A DNA stretch of 64,000 bases from Squalus acanthias (Eukaryota), in contig CM059432.1 in NCBI GenBank assembly GCA_030390025.1, positions 65,536,001 to 65,600,000 on the forward strand. The letters run 5' to 3'. The notes under the pieces were generated by a model, which saw only the letters and a list, made by a program, of their open reading frames with translations, was not told where the DNA came from and made no database searches. How positions within the stretch are numbered: the stretch's first letter is position 1; each line of letters starts with the position of its first letter. This document shows, one piece after another, positions 62,107 through 64,000 of this stretch. The translations under genes were made by a program, and so were the position numbers.

Positions 62107-62996
62107 GGATACCGAGAAACTCCAGGATGATTTGGACAGGTTGGGTGAGTGGGCAGAAGCGTGGCAGATGCAATATAACATGGATAAATGCGAGGTTATC
62201 CACTTTGGTGTCAAAACAGAAAGGCAGACTATTATCTGAATGGCAATAGATTGGGAGAAGGGGAAGTGCAACGAGACCTGGGTGTCCTTGTGCACCAGTC
62301 GCTGAAGGTAAGCATGCAGGTGCAGCAGGTGGTGAAGAAGGCAAATGGTATGTTGGCCTTCATAGCGAGAGGGTTTGAGTATAGGAACAGGGATGTCCTG
62401 CTGCAGTTGTACAGGGCCTTGGTGAGACCACACCTTGAGTACTGTGTGCAGTTTTGGTCACCTTATCTGAGGAAGGATGTTCTTGCCATGGAAGGAATTC
62501 AGCGAAGATTCACAAGGCTGATACCTGGGATGGCAGGAATGACATATGAGGAGAGATTGGGTCGATTGGGCTTATACTCGCTGGAGTATAGAAGAATGAG
62601 AGGGGATCTCATCAAAACATATAAAATTCTGACAGGTCTGGACAAACTAGATGCAGGAAGAATGTTCCCGATGGTCGGAGAGTCCAGAACCGGGGTCATA
62701 ATCTAAGGATAAGGGGTAAGCCATTTAGGACAGAAATGAGGAAGAATTTCTTCACCCAGAGAGTGGTGAACCTGTGTAATTCTCTACCACAGAAGGTAGT
62801 TGAGGCCAAGTCATTAAATATATTCAAGAATGAGTTAGATATATTTCTTAAAGCTAAAGGTATCAAGGGATATGGGGAGAAGGCAGGTACAGGGTACTGA
62901 GTTTGGATGATCAGCCATGATCTCATCGAATGGCGGAGCAGGTTCGAGGGGCCGAATAGCCTACTCCTGCTCCTATCTTCTATGTTTCTATGTTTC
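62107..62996 (+). mobile_element. 5'-truncated CR1, same subfamily as 38302-40962
   Basis: Highly similar to 40090-40960, with small frameshifts; tail TTCTATGTTTCTATG. Confidence 0.93.
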
Positions 62997-63700
62997 TTTT
63001 TCCCGCACTTCTGCTCTCACCCCTTCCCCTCCCTCCCAGAACCACGATAGGGTTCCCCTTGTCCTCACCTTTCACCCCACCAGCCCCCCCATTCAACGTA
63101 TTATCCTCCGCCATTTCCGCCACCTCCAGCGTGATCCCACCACCAAACACATCTTCCCCTCCCCTCCCCTTTCAGAATTCCAATCGGACCGCTCACTCCG
63201 TGAAACCCGTGTTCCACTCCTCAATCACCCCCAACACCCCTTCCCCTTCCCACGGCACCTTCCCGTGCAAACGCAGGAGATGCAACACCTGCCCTTTTAC
63301 CTCCTCCCTTCCCACTGTCCAGAGCCCCAAACACTCCTTCCAGATGAAACAGCGATTTACTTGTACTTCTTGCAATTTAGTATACTGTATTCGCTGCTCA
63401 CGATGCGGTCTCCTCTACATTGGGGAGACCAAACGCAGATTGGGTGACCGCTTTGCAGAACACCTCCATTCAGTCCGTAAGTGTGACCCCGAGCTTCCGG
63501 TCACCTGTCACTTTAATTCTCTGCTCTGACCTCTCCATCCTTAGCCTTTTACACTGTTCCAACAAAGCTCAACGTAAGCTCGAGGAACAGCACCTCATCT
63601 TTCGATTAGGTACTTTACAGCCTTCTGGACTCAACATCGAGTATTTCCAGCATTTTCTATTTTTATTTCCGATTTCCAGCATTCGCAGTATTTTGCTTTT
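62997..63700 (+). mobile_element. Penelope-like element fragment (RT C-terminus/linker plus GIY-YIG)
   Basis: DRVPLVLTFHP, PCKRRRCNTCP, FTCTSCNLVYCIRCSRCGLLYIGETKRRLGDRFAEH, RKLEEQHLIFRLGTLQPSGLN. Confidence 0.92.
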
Positions 63701-64000
63701 GTACAGTATCAGAATCCTGTATATTTGATTTTAAGTTCATTATTTTTGTGTTTCTCTCAATTGCTTATGTGTTAAATGTGCCGCACGGTTTTCCTTTGAG
63801 TCTTCACCTAAATACACAACATAAAATCTGATGTAAAAGTTTGACCTTCATAGACTTTGTCCTCTGAATATAGTAGAGCGAGGTTTTTTAATCAAAATGG
63901 TAATTATAAAGAAGGGAATTCATGGGTAAATTCATCCATCCTGTGCGCTCAATGGGGAGCTGTGCTCTAAGAAAACGTAGGTTGAAGAATCTGTGCTGCA

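Overview
This is eukaryotic, repeat-dense vertebrate DNA, most likely from a cartilaginous fish (shark). That assignment is inferred from the repeat repertoire: CR1 LINEs with an esterase ORF1, Deu-domain tRNA SINEs, Penelope-like elements, RTE and L2. Most of the window is nested transposable elements. PIF/Harbinger DNA transposons dominate: four two-gene copies (HARBI1-like DDE transposase convergent with a Myb/SANT gene that is intron-split where retained), one Myb-only remnant and many non-autonomous derivatives with 3-bp TSDs. Also present are several CR1 copies (one with an 850-aa ORF2), an RTE carrying a solo LTR, a second solo LTR, Penelope fragments with hammerhead-ribozyme-like motifs and a 1.3-kb 30-bp minisatellite. 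The only host-gene signal is a probable promoter/first exon near 15.3-15.7 kb, followed by what looks like a long intron with CNE-like unique blocks at 53-59 kb; the gene could not be identified. No intact host CDS, rRNA, true tRNA or CRISPR array is supported. The most interesting observations are a MITE family carrying a promoter-like module plus clustered 5' splice sites, a minimal hammerhead ribozyme, AT-hook-bearing Harbinger Myb proteins, LINE fragments held inside a Harbinger, and a LINE 5' end with a tRNA-like head.
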